From an uncultured Gammaproteobacteria bacterium (GTDB lineage Bacteria > Patescibacteriota > Patescibacteriia > Patescibacteriales > Patescibacteriaceae): a DNA stretch of 37,425 nt. The notes under the pieces are model-generated. The model was not told where the DNA came from and ran no database searches. It worked only from the letters and a program-made list of their open reading frames with translations. How positions within the stretch are numbered: the stretch's first letter is position 1; each line of letters begins with the position of its first letter. Shown here one piece after another: positions 24,600 through 32,406 of the stretch. The DNA lies in contig CAYSXQ010000005.1 of the NCBI GenBank assembly GCA_964435085.1, positions 7,765-45,189 on the forward strand, in the 5' to 3' direction. The position numbers and the translations under genes are program-made.

Positions 24600-26300
24600 A
24601 TGAAGAAAATCATCATTATTGGAGGTCTTGGCTATATTGGTAGCGTCTTAAAGCTAGAGTGTGAAAAAGAGGGTCTGGAAGCAGTCATAATTGATAATAA
24701 TTTATACGGTCTAGCTTCTAGCTCTGAGAAGTTTATTAATTGTGACATTTTAAGCAAAGAGGCTTTAGGTGCTATTTTAAAGAATTTACGGGCTGAATCA
24801 GACTGTATTATTAATTTGGCTGCTGTAGTTGGTGATCCGGCTTGCTTAGTTAATACTAAAGAAGCCTTAGAGATCAATTGTCTCGGCACTAGAAATGTGG
24901 TGGAGCTTGCTAATGAGTATAATTATAAAATTATCCACGCTAGCACTTGCTCTCTCTACGGTTCAGAAAAAAAGTCAGTTGAAGCACCTCTGCACGAAGA
25001 TTCCTTTGTTTTTCCTATAGATTTTTATGGTCAGACTAAATATCAACAAGAAAGATTTGTCGTCAAGCTAGCTAGTAATTTTTGTATCTTTCGTTTAGGT
25101 ACTGCCTATGGTCTATCACCTCGAATGCGTTATGACCTGGTAGTTAATCTTTTTAGCGCCAAGGTTGCTAATGACGAGCTACTTACTATCTATGGTGGTG
25201 AGCAATTCCGTCCCTTTACTCACATTTCTGACATCTCCAGAGCTTTCATCTTTGCCTATAAGAATAATTTAAGCGGTATCTATAACTTAGCTGGTGAAAA
25301 TTTAAGCATCCGCAATATCGCCAATATCTTTAGGGATAAGTACGATGCCAAGTTGGAAGTCATGGACTTAATAGATGATCCTAGAAACTATAACGCTACC
25401 AGTGCTAAATTATTAAGTACAGGCTTCAGTTTTATCTGGAATTTAGACGCTGGGATAGTTGAAATGGTTAATTTTTCCAAAGGCGTGGATTATAGTCGAG
25501 ATACCTATAATCAAAATAAATTAATGCAAAAGAGGCAGCTTGATGAATCCAAAATTCTAATTACCGGTGGCTCTGGTCGTCTTGGCAAGGCTTGCAAAAA
25601 GATTATCACTAAGGCTCAGTATCCTAGTAGTCAAGTTTTTGATTTAGGGGATGAAAAGTCTATCAATGATTATTTCCTTGGCAAGAAAATTAATACTGTT
25701 GTTCATTTTGCTGCGCTGACTGGTATTCCTGACTGTGAAAATAACAAGGCTAAGGCTTATGATGTCAATGTGCTGGGCATGAGGCGCTTACTAGAGGCTG
25801 CTAAAAATAACGGCGTCAAACATTTTATTTATTTGAATACTGCCTGTGTTTTCCCTGGCACTGATGATGAGCTAATGGAAGATGAGGATAGTATTCCTTA
25901 TCCTAAGCACTACTACGGCCTCACTAAGTTACTGGCTGAGGAAATCGCCAAGACCTACAACAGTGCTGATTTCCAAGTCACCATAGTCAGAACCAACTTT
26001 ACTAGTATGCCTTGGGAGTATCCTAAGGCCTTTACTGATCGTTTTGGTACTTATTTATTTGCGCAGGGAGTGGCTAAGGGCATCCGAGATGTGATTGTCG
26101 AAAAGCCTGCTCAGTCTATTATTCATATTTGCGGCGATCGAAAGATTTCTATGTATGACTATGCTAAGCTAGGTGGCAGCGAAGTTACTGCTATGACCCT
26201 CGCAGATTATCACGGACCTGCTTTGACTAAAAATATGTCCATTACTAGTAAATACTGGCGTTTATATAGACTTGAAGATAGTGATTTTAATGATAACTAA
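24600..26300 (+). CDS. Tandem-SDR fusion: an N-terminal NAD-dependent epimerase/dehydratase domain plus a C-terminal RmlD-like reductase domain
   Basis: 566 aa. Domain 1 has IIIIGGLGYIGS and YGQTK (YxxxK). Domain 2 starts near residue 320 with ILITGGSGRLGK and YYGLTK (YxxxK). Confidence 0.75.
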   Translation: MKKIIIIGGLGYIGSVLKLECEKEGLEAVIIDNNLYGLASSSEKFINCDILSKEALGAILKNLRAESDCIINLAAVVGDPACLVNTKEALEINCLGTRNVVELANEYNYKIIHASTCSLYGSEKKSVEAPLHEDSFVFPIDFYGQTKYQQERFVVKLASNFCIFRLGTAYGLSPRMRYDLVVNLFSAKVANDELLTIYGGEQFRPFTHISDISRAFIFAYKNNLSGIYNLAGENLSIRNIANIFRDKYDAKLEVMDLIDDPRNYNATSAKLLSTGFSFIWNLDAGIVEMVNFSKGVDYSRDTYNQNKLMQKRQLDESKILITGGSGRLGKACKKIITKAQYPSSQVFDLGDEKSINDYFLGKKINTVVHFAALTGIPDCENNKAKAYDVNVLGMRRLLEAAKNNGVKHFIYLNTACVFPGTDDELMEDEDSIPYPKHYYGLTKLLAEEIAKTYNSADFQVTIVRTNFTSMPWEYPKAFTDRFGTYLFAQGVAKGIRDVIVEKPAQSIIHICGDRKISMYDYAKLGGSEVTAMTLADYHGPALTKNMSITSKYWRLYRLEDSDFNDN

Positions 26301-26310
26301 TCAATAAAAT

Positions 26311-27249
26311 GTGAGTAAAAACCCTGTTGATTATCATTTGAGTAAGCCTGTTTTGTTGTTAGCTTTTAATGATGTTAAGACGACCGGGCGAGTTCTAGCT
26401 TCTATTCGAGAGGCTAGACCTCTTAGGCTTTATTTCGCTACCGACGGCCCTCGTCTTGGTCGAGATGATGATATTGCTAAAATTAATCAGGTTAGAGCTC
26501 TGGAGTCAATGATCGATTGGCCTTGTCAATTGTTTACTTTACACCAAGCTGTTAACAAAGGCTGTCCTGAAGCTTTGCAGCTTGCTTTGGATTGGTTTTT
26601 TGCTAACGAAGAAAATGGCATTATTTTAGAACATGACATGTTGCCAGATTTAAGTTTTTATAGATTCTGTCAGCTGATGCTAGATAAGTATCAAGATGAT
26701 GAAGAAATCATGCATATTGCTGGCAATAGTTTTCGTGATAAGCTCATTGGTGATGGCGATTATTATTTTTCCCGTATTCCGATAATTTGGGGCTGGGCAA
26801 CTTGGCGGCGAGCTTGGAAAAAATATGATAAAACTATGAGCACTTGGCCGAATTTTAGTCACAGTCAAAATTATCAAAATATTTTACCTTGGTGGTGGTT
26901 GCGTCAAAAATTTACCTACGTCCTAGACAAAGTAGCTTGTGGCAGAACTAATTCCTGGGATTATCAATGGACTTATTCCTTATTAAAAAATAACGGCCTA
27001 GCTATCTGCCCTAATGCTAATCTGATCACTAACATTGGCTTTGGTCCGGACGCTTTAAATAGCACTAACCTTAATGATCCTTTGGCTAACGTCAAACTTG
27101 AGAACATCTCTTTTCCGCTCAAAGACCCTAGTCTCAAGCAACCTGATAAAACTGCTGACCATCAATTTATTACCAAGATTTATAAATTTAATCCGCTCAA
27201 AGTTATCCTTCGCAATTTAGGCATTGATTTACACAAGCTATTATTGTAA
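26311..27249 (+). CDS. HlpA-like nucleotide-diphospho-sugar transferase-fold protein (putative glycosyltransferase)
   Basis: 312 aa with a GTG start. PVLLLAFNDVKTTGRVLASIREARPLRLYFATDGPR...IDWPC...GCPEALQLALDWFFANEENGIILEHDMLPDLSFYRFC matches the family pattern as I recall it. Confidence 0.5.
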   Translation: MSKNPVDYHLSKPVLLLAFNDVKTTGRVLASIREARPLRLYFATDGPRLGRDDDIAKINQVRALESMIDWPCQLFTLHQAVNKGCPEALQLALDWFFANEENGIILEHDMLPDLSFYRFCQLMLDKYQDDEEIMHIAGNSFRDKLIGDGDYYFSRIPIIWGWATWRRAWKKYDKTMSTWPNFSHSQNYQNILPWWWLRQKFTYVLDKVACGRTNSWDYQWTYSLLKNNGLAICPNANLITNIGFGPDALNSTNLNDPLANVKLENISFPLKDPSLKQPDKTADHQFITKIYKFNPLKVILRNLGIDLHKLLL

Positions 27250-27250
27250 T

Positions 27251-28408
27251 ATGAATATTTTGATTACTGTCTATGATGACTGGCGGGCGAGTGGTGGCAC
27301 CGCTGTTTCTACTGAGCTGATAGCTAAAAATTTAGCAGCTCTGGGGCATCGAGTATTCATAGCCTCGACTGGCGACTACCCGCAGATTAAAACTTTTGTT
27401 TTCTCTAAAATTAGAAGGCTGCCTATCTTTGCTTTGCGCGACTGGTATTTAAAAAAGTTTTTTTTACGGCTCATTAAACAGGAAAAGATCGACCTGATCT
27501 ATGCTTCTGACTGCCGCTTTACAGCTGTGGCGGCCATATTAGCTGGAACCAAAGCTGGTATTAAGACAGTTGTTCACTACAGGGACTACTGGTTTAGATG
27601 TCTGCGTGGCGATATGTTGCATGGTCATAATACTTGCGATGGTCATGATTTAGATTTTTGTTATTCTTTGCAAGTCAAAAAAATATTACTTTGGGAGCTC
27701 TATAAATTAGTTTATTTTAAAAAAAGACAAATCATACTTAATTCTGCAGACTTGAATTTATCGGTTAGTGCTGCTATGCGTAAGAGGCTGCACCAAGCTG
27801 GTCTAAATAATCGAACTGAGATTATCTATGATCTGTTTGACCTTGAGCGGTCCAACAATGATCGCGTTAGTAGTGATCGGCTTAAAATAATCTTCGTCGG
27901 CAGGTTAGTTGATCACAGAGGTCTAAAAACCATGATGAGCATTGCCAAAGGTCTGAAGGACAGGGGGGTGCTGTTTAGCTTAGTTATAGTCGGTGAGGGT
28001 GAGCTTATGAATTATTGTAAAAACTTTATCAAAAACCATGAGCTTGTTAATGTTGGTCTAGTTGGTCTTTTAAGCCATGAGACAGTCTCGGATCAGTATC
28101 GGTCTGCTGATACCTTTCTGTTTCCGGCTAGATTAGAGGAGCCATTGGGTCGAGTCGTGGTAGAGGCTATGTCTGCTGGCTTACCGGTCATTGCCAGTAG
28201 AGTCGGCGGCATACTTGAGTTGGTAACCGATGGTGTGGAAGGTTTTTTGGTCGATAAGAATGATATTTCTGGGTTTATTGATAAATTATTATTATTGCAA
28301 GACAAATCTTTGCTGAGCAAAATGTCCACGGCCGCTATAAAAAAGGCTGATTCTTTTGATCAGCTGCTTGTGGCTAAGCGCCTCAATGATTTAATAACTG
28401 GCCTGTGA
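27251..28408 (+). CDS. GT4-family (group 1) glycosyltransferase
   Basis: FPARLEEPLGRVVVEAMSAGLPVIASRVGGILELVTDGVEGFLV contains the E-x7-E region. ATG 27251 lies 1 nt after the upstream stop. The tracked ORF starts at 27224. Confidence 0.85.
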   Translation: MNILITVYDDWRASGGTAVSTELIAKNLAALGHRVFIASTGDYPQIKTFVFSKIRRLPIFALRDWYLKKFFLRLIKQEKIDLIYASDCRFTAVAAILAGTKAGIKTVVHYRDYWFRCLRGDMLHGHNTCDGHDLDFCYSLQVKKILLWELYKLVYFKKRQIILNSADLNLSVSAAMRKRLHQAGLNNRTEIIYDLFDLERSNNDRVSSDRLKIIFVGRLVDHRGLKTMMSIAKGLKDRGVLFSLVIVGEGELMNYCKNFIKNHELVNVGLVGLLSHETVSDQYRSADTFLFPARLEEPLGRVVVEAMSAGLPVIASRVGGILELVTDGVEGFLVDKNDISGFIDKLLLLQDKSLLSKMSTAAIKKADSFDQLLVAKRLNDLITGL

Positions 28409-29475
28409 GTCAAATGAATTATTTTTATAGAAATCCAATGACTAAAGGTCTTTTTTACTGTCTTGATAAATTATTATTTTGGCAGCTTTCTAGAAAGCTG
28501 CCAACTGTTAAGAGGCTGTTATTGGTTAACTTGGGCGGCATCGGCGATGTTGTGTTGATGGAGCCAATGATTAGAAGGTTAGTATGTTTGTGGCCATTAG
28601 CCGAAATCGATATCTTGGTTGATAGTAGGACTCAAGAGCTTTTGCGTGGAAATAAGTATATCCATCGCATCGATATCTTTGCTTTGCCTTGGCTTTCGCA
28701 TAGCCAGCCAGGCTGGCTCGCTAGTCTGGCTTCATTTTGCCGTCAAGTCAATCTATTAAAAAACCGTAATTATGACCTAGCTTTTGATTTGAAGGGTGAT
28801 CCGGCTGTTATCCTCTTGCTCACTTTGGCTAAAATTAAATATCGCATCGGCTTTGCTAATGGGGGCTTGTCGGCGTTCTTGCATGAAGCTTATGATTTCT
28901 TCAGTTACCACCTGCCGCGCGCTAATTTAAATTATCTGCTACTTAGTAACTTTTTGCCCGAGTGGCAGCTAGAGCAGGCGAGTCCTATTATTAGTTTGAC
29001 TGATGCTGAAAAACTTTGGGCTATTAAAGAAAAAACTAAGCTGTGTCAATCTAATAAGAAAACTATTACTATTCATCTAGGCGCAGGTCGTTCAGATAAA
29101 GTTTGGCCAAGTAGCTCCTGGCGCCAATTGCTCGCCGATTTATCAGTTTACAATCTACTGGTCATTGGTAGTGAATCTGATAATGATTTACTGACAGCGC
29201 TGGATAGCGATCAATTAATTAACTGCTTGGGCTATGAATTACGACAAACGGCAGCGCTGATTAGTCAGTCTGATCTATTTATTGGCGGTGATAGCGGTCC
29301 TGGCCATTTAGCCGCTGCTCTCGGCACGCCACTTATCTCAATTTTTTCAACTGTTAATGATTATATTGTGTGGTCGGCTAGTGGAGCTCATTTATTTACT
29401 TTTGGCTCTGACGAGCCTGTTGATTTTCGGCAGATTGCTAACGCAGCTTTACGTATTTTAGGAGCTAAGATATAA
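28405..29475 (+). CDS. GT9-family glycosyltransferase (heptosyltransferase family)
   Basis: 356 aa with LLVNLGGIGDVVLMEPMIRRL, ITIHLGAGRSDKVWP and LFIGGDSGPGHLAAALGTPLISIF. The GTG start overlaps the upstream stop (GTGA), and an alternative ATG lies at 28414. Confidence 0.75.
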   Translation: MSQMNYFYRNPMTKGLFYCLDKLLFWQLSRKLPTVKRLLLVNLGGIGDVVLMEPMIRRLVCLWPLAEIDILVDSRTQELLRGNKYIHRIDIFALPWLSHSQPGWLASLASFCRQVNLLKNRNYDLAFDLKGDPAVILLLTLAKIKYRIGFANGGLSAFLHEAYDFFSYHLPRANLNYLLLSNFLPEWQLEQASPIISLTDAEKLWAIKEKTKLCQSNKKTITIHLGAGRSDKVWPSSSWRQLLADLSVYNLLVIGSESDNDLLTALDSDQLINCLGYELRQTAALISQSDLFIGGDSGPGHLAAALGTPLISIFSTVNDYIVWSASGAHLFTFGSDEPVDFRQIANAALRILGAKI

Positions 29476-29482
29476 TTAATTT

Positions 29483-30796
29483 ATGGCTATTACTAGGTTT
29501 TTACTCAAAAAAATGCTCACTCCCAAAGCTTTGCTTAGCTGTGCTACTGTTGTAAGTCTCGCTCTTATTTTGGCTAGGCTACTGATCGGTGGTGGTTTGC
29601 CTGGTGGTGATTCTATTACTTACTACTCTTCTTTGCGAGCCATTGTGCTTGAGCATAGTTTAAATTTAGAGAATAGTTATAATTACTTTCATAATGATCA
29701 TTCTAAATTTACTGGCTTATCTAAGTTTCCCTACCTCACGAAGCCTTATGAGCCTACTGGACGTTATTTGATGCACTATCCCATCGGTGTCGTCATATCT
29801 TGGACGCCTTTTTTCTTACTGGGTCAATTAGCCGCTCAAATTTACAGTTTTTGCTCCGGTGATTATTGGTCACTTACTGGCTTTTCCATGATTCAGTACT
29901 TTTTCACAGCAAGCTCTGCTGTCTTCTATGCCATGTTGGGTTTGTTTTTTATCTATCACTACCTAATTAGATATGAGCAAGTGGCTAAGAGCACTGCCCT
30001 ACTAGCAGTTCTTTCTGTTGGTCTTGGTACTTCTTTGACTTACTATATTTACTTTATTCCTACTTATTCTCATGTTGTCTCATTTTTTTGGTCTAGCTCT
30101 TTGTTGATTTACTTTCTAAAATGCTACCGCAGTAAGCTCTGGACTAAGCGCTCTTTTTTACTGCTAGGCTTTCTAACGGCTATGACGGCTCTAACTAGAT
30201 ATCAAGATATTGGTATTTTGCTTGTGCCATTGACTATCTTGCTGTTTGATTGGCTTAGGGAGAAAAAAATGCCAATTGCCTTGTCTCCGCTTAATCTTAG
30301 TCTGGCTATCTTAACTTGTTTTACAGCCTTTATTCCTCAGTTATTAATCAATAAATATTTAGCTGGCTCATATTGGGAGAGTGGTTATGTCGGTGAAACT
30401 TTTGCCTACTTAACAAATCCTCAGCTTGGCTATGTTCTATTTAGTCCACTTAAAGGTTTGTTTATAATTACTCCCCTTATTTTATTTGCAATTATTGGCC
30501 TGTGCACTAGGTTAAAAAACAGTTTATATTTAGGACTCTTTATTTTTTTTCTGGCCGAGCTCTATTTGACATCTGCTTGGTACGCTTACCATCAAGGTGA
30601 GAGTTATGGTATTCGTATGCTGATTGTTTGTTCTATAGCTTTTATTTTTGGACTCATTCCTGTTTTGAATAAGCTTGCTGCTTCTAAAAAATATTGGCCA
30701 TATATATTTAGCGTCATCTTTATTGCCATTAACTGGCTCTTAATGGTTCTTTACGCTTTACGTGTTTTTGGTTCTGATTATAGTGCTTACAATTAA
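29483..30796 (+). CDS. Polytopic membrane protein, likely a GT-C fold glycosyltransferase (ArnT/PMT, GT39/GT83-like)
   Basis: 437 aa with at least 10 hydrophobic segments. An acidic motif lies in the first loop (GGDSITYY). The gene sits next to a polyprenyl-phosphate glycosyltransferase gene. Confidence 0.5.
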   Translation: MAITRFLLKKMLTPKALLSCATVVSLALILARLLIGGGLPGGDSITYYSSLRAIVLEHSLNLENSYNYFHNDHSKFTGLSKFPYLTKPYEPTGRYLMHYPIGVVISWTPFFLLGQLAAQIYSFCSGDYWSLTGFSMIQYFFTASSAVFYAMLGLFFIYHYLIRYEQVAKSTALLAVLSVGLGTSLTYYIYFIPTYSHVVSFFWSSSLLIYFLKCYRSKLWTKRSFLLLGFLTAMTALTRYQDIGILLVPLTILLFDWLREKKMPIALSPLNLSLAILTCFTAFIPQLLINKYLAGSYWESGYVGETFAYLTNPQLGYVLFSPLKGLFIITPLILFAIIGLCTRLKNSLYLGLFIFFLAELYLTSAWYAYHQGESYGIRMLIVCSIAFIFGLIPVLNKLAASKKYWPYIFSVIFIAINWLLMVLYALRVFGSDYSAYN

Positions 30797-30821
30797 TTAT
30801 ACCTAGCCAATTATCTAATCT

Positions 30822-31520
30822 ATGAAAAAAATCACTATCATCATACCTGTGTACAACGAAGTTAAGACCATCTTGCCTATTTTAGATTTGGTTCGAGCTG
30901 TTAATTTAGATTTAGAAAAAGAAATTATCGTTATTGATGATAAGTCAACTGACGGCACTAGAGAAATTTTAGCTAATCTTGCTTTTCCTGGCCTACGAGT
31001 AATTTTTCAGCCTGTCAATAAAGGCAAGGGTTCTGCTGTACGTGCTGGTTTTGCTGAGTCAACTGGTGATATTATTGTTATCCAAGACGCTGATTTAGAA
31101 TACCGTCCCAATGATTATCCTAAGTTACTCGCACCTATCTTGGCCGGCCATGCTGACGTAGTCTATGGCTCAAGAGTTTTGGGTGGCGAAGCAAAGCGTG
31201 TAATATTCTTTTGGTATGCTTTAGGTAATAGATTTTTAACACTACTCTCCAATATGCTGACCAATCTCAATTTGACCGATATGGAGACTTGCTATAAAGT
31301 TATGACTAGGGAGGTGCTTGATAGTTTGCGTACTAAGCTTACAACTAATCGCTTTGGCATCGAGCCAGAACTTACTGCTCACTTTGCTCGTGGCGGCTGG
31401 CGTATCTATGAAGTTGGTATTAGTTACGATGGTCGTACCTACGCCGAGGGTAAAAAAATCAATTGGCGTGACGGTGTGGCAGCGCTTTGGTATATTATTA
31501 AATTCAATTTATTAAAATAA
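30822..31520 (+). CDS. GT2 polyprenyl-phosphate glycosyltransferase (DPM1/Ppm1/ArnC-like)
   Basis: 232 aa with ITIIIPVYNEVKTILPIL, IIVIDDKSTDGT, NKGKGSAVRAGF and VIQDADLEYRPNDYPKLL. Confidence 0.8.
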   Translation: MKKITIIIPVYNEVKTILPILDLVRAVNLDLEKEIIVIDDKSTDGTREILANLAFPGLRVIFQPVNKGKGSAVRAGFAESTGDIIVIQDADLEYRPNDYPKLLAPILAGHADVVYGSRVLGGEAKRVIFFWYALGNRFLTLLSNMLTNLNLTDMETCYKVMTREVLDSLRTKLTTNRFGIEPELTAHFARGGWRIYEVGISYDGRTYAEGKKINWRDGVAALWYIIKFNLLK

Positions 31521-31523
31521 CCT

Positions 31524-32396
31524 ATGTTCGATCTCTTCTTGGCTTTCTCTTTTATCTTCGGCACCATGATCGGTAGTTTCCTTAACTGCCTAGTCTGGCG
31601 TCTCTACCGGGACGAAAGCCTCTGGACTAGATCGCATTGTCCTCGCTGCGACAAACAAATTGCTTGGTACGACAATATTCCTCTAGTAAGCTTCTTGTCT
31701 CTCGGCGCACGTTGCCGTCATTGCAAAGAGAAAATTAGTTTTGAATATCCACTGGCTGAACTCGCTCTCGGCTTCCTTTTTGCCTTTGTCTTTTGGTATA
31801 ACTTTAATGGTCTATCTGACCTCTTTTTAATCAATGAGCTTACTAGTTTTAATCTCGGCACCTTGTTACTACTGCGTGACTGGATTATCGTTGCTTTCCT
31901 CTCCGCTATCTTCCTCATGGACTATAAATGGTATGTTGTAGCTGATGAAATAAGTATTCCGGGAATTATCATTATCTTTTTAATTAATCTTGGGATTGGT
32001 TTCGCTTGGCCAGATATAGCCTTAGGGTTCGTCTGGTGGAGACTACTGCTAGCTACTCTGGTCGGCGGCGCATTTTTCTCCTTGCAATACTTCCTTTCTG
32101 GCGGTCGCTGGGTCGGAGCCGGGGATATTCGTATCGGCGCTCTGATGGGTGCCGCTCTCGGTTGGCCGGGCATTCTTGTTGGTCTAGCTTTGTCTTATGG
32201 GATTGGAGCCGTCGCTTCTATTTATTTGATCGTCGTTAAGAAGAAACAAAAATTTGATTTTCGTCATCTCTGGCAAGAGTCCGAACCGACCGAGGAGGCA
32301 ATTATTCCTTTTGGGCCATTTCTGGCTATTGGTTGTATTATCGCTCTTTTTTACAGTGAAGTAATTATTAATTGGTATCAAAACCTAATGTTTTAA
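31524..32396 (+). CDS. pilD: Prepilin peptidase / N-methyltransferase (A24 family)
   Basis: 290 aa. GSFLNCLVWRL and the CPRC...CRHC zinc-knuckle region (DiS_P_DiS) are present, as are Asp motifs in FLMDYKW and GAGDIRIGA, and the C-terminal IPFGPFLAIG. Confidence 0.9.
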   Translation: MFDLFLAFSFIFGTMIGSFLNCLVWRLYRDESLWTRSHCPRCDKQIAWYDNIPLVSFLSLGARCRHCKEKISFEYPLAELALGFLFAFVFWYNFNGLSDLFLINELTSFNLGTLLLLRDWIIVAFLSAIFLMDYKWYVVADEISIPGIIIIFLINLGIGFAWPDIALGFVWWRLLLATLVGGAFFSLQYFLSGGRWVGAGDIRIGALMGAALGWPGILVGLALSYGIGAVASIYLIVVKKKQKFDFRHLWQESEPTEEAIIPFGPFLAIGCIIALFYSEVIINWYQNLMF

Positions 32397-32406
32397 ATAA
32401 AAATCT

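Noticed and set aside
28405-29475. Using the GT9 gene as evidence that the organism makes LPS
   Set aside because: A single GT9 homologue is not diagnostic. No lipid A, Kdo or ADP-heptose genes lie in the window, and the point needs a whole-genome check.
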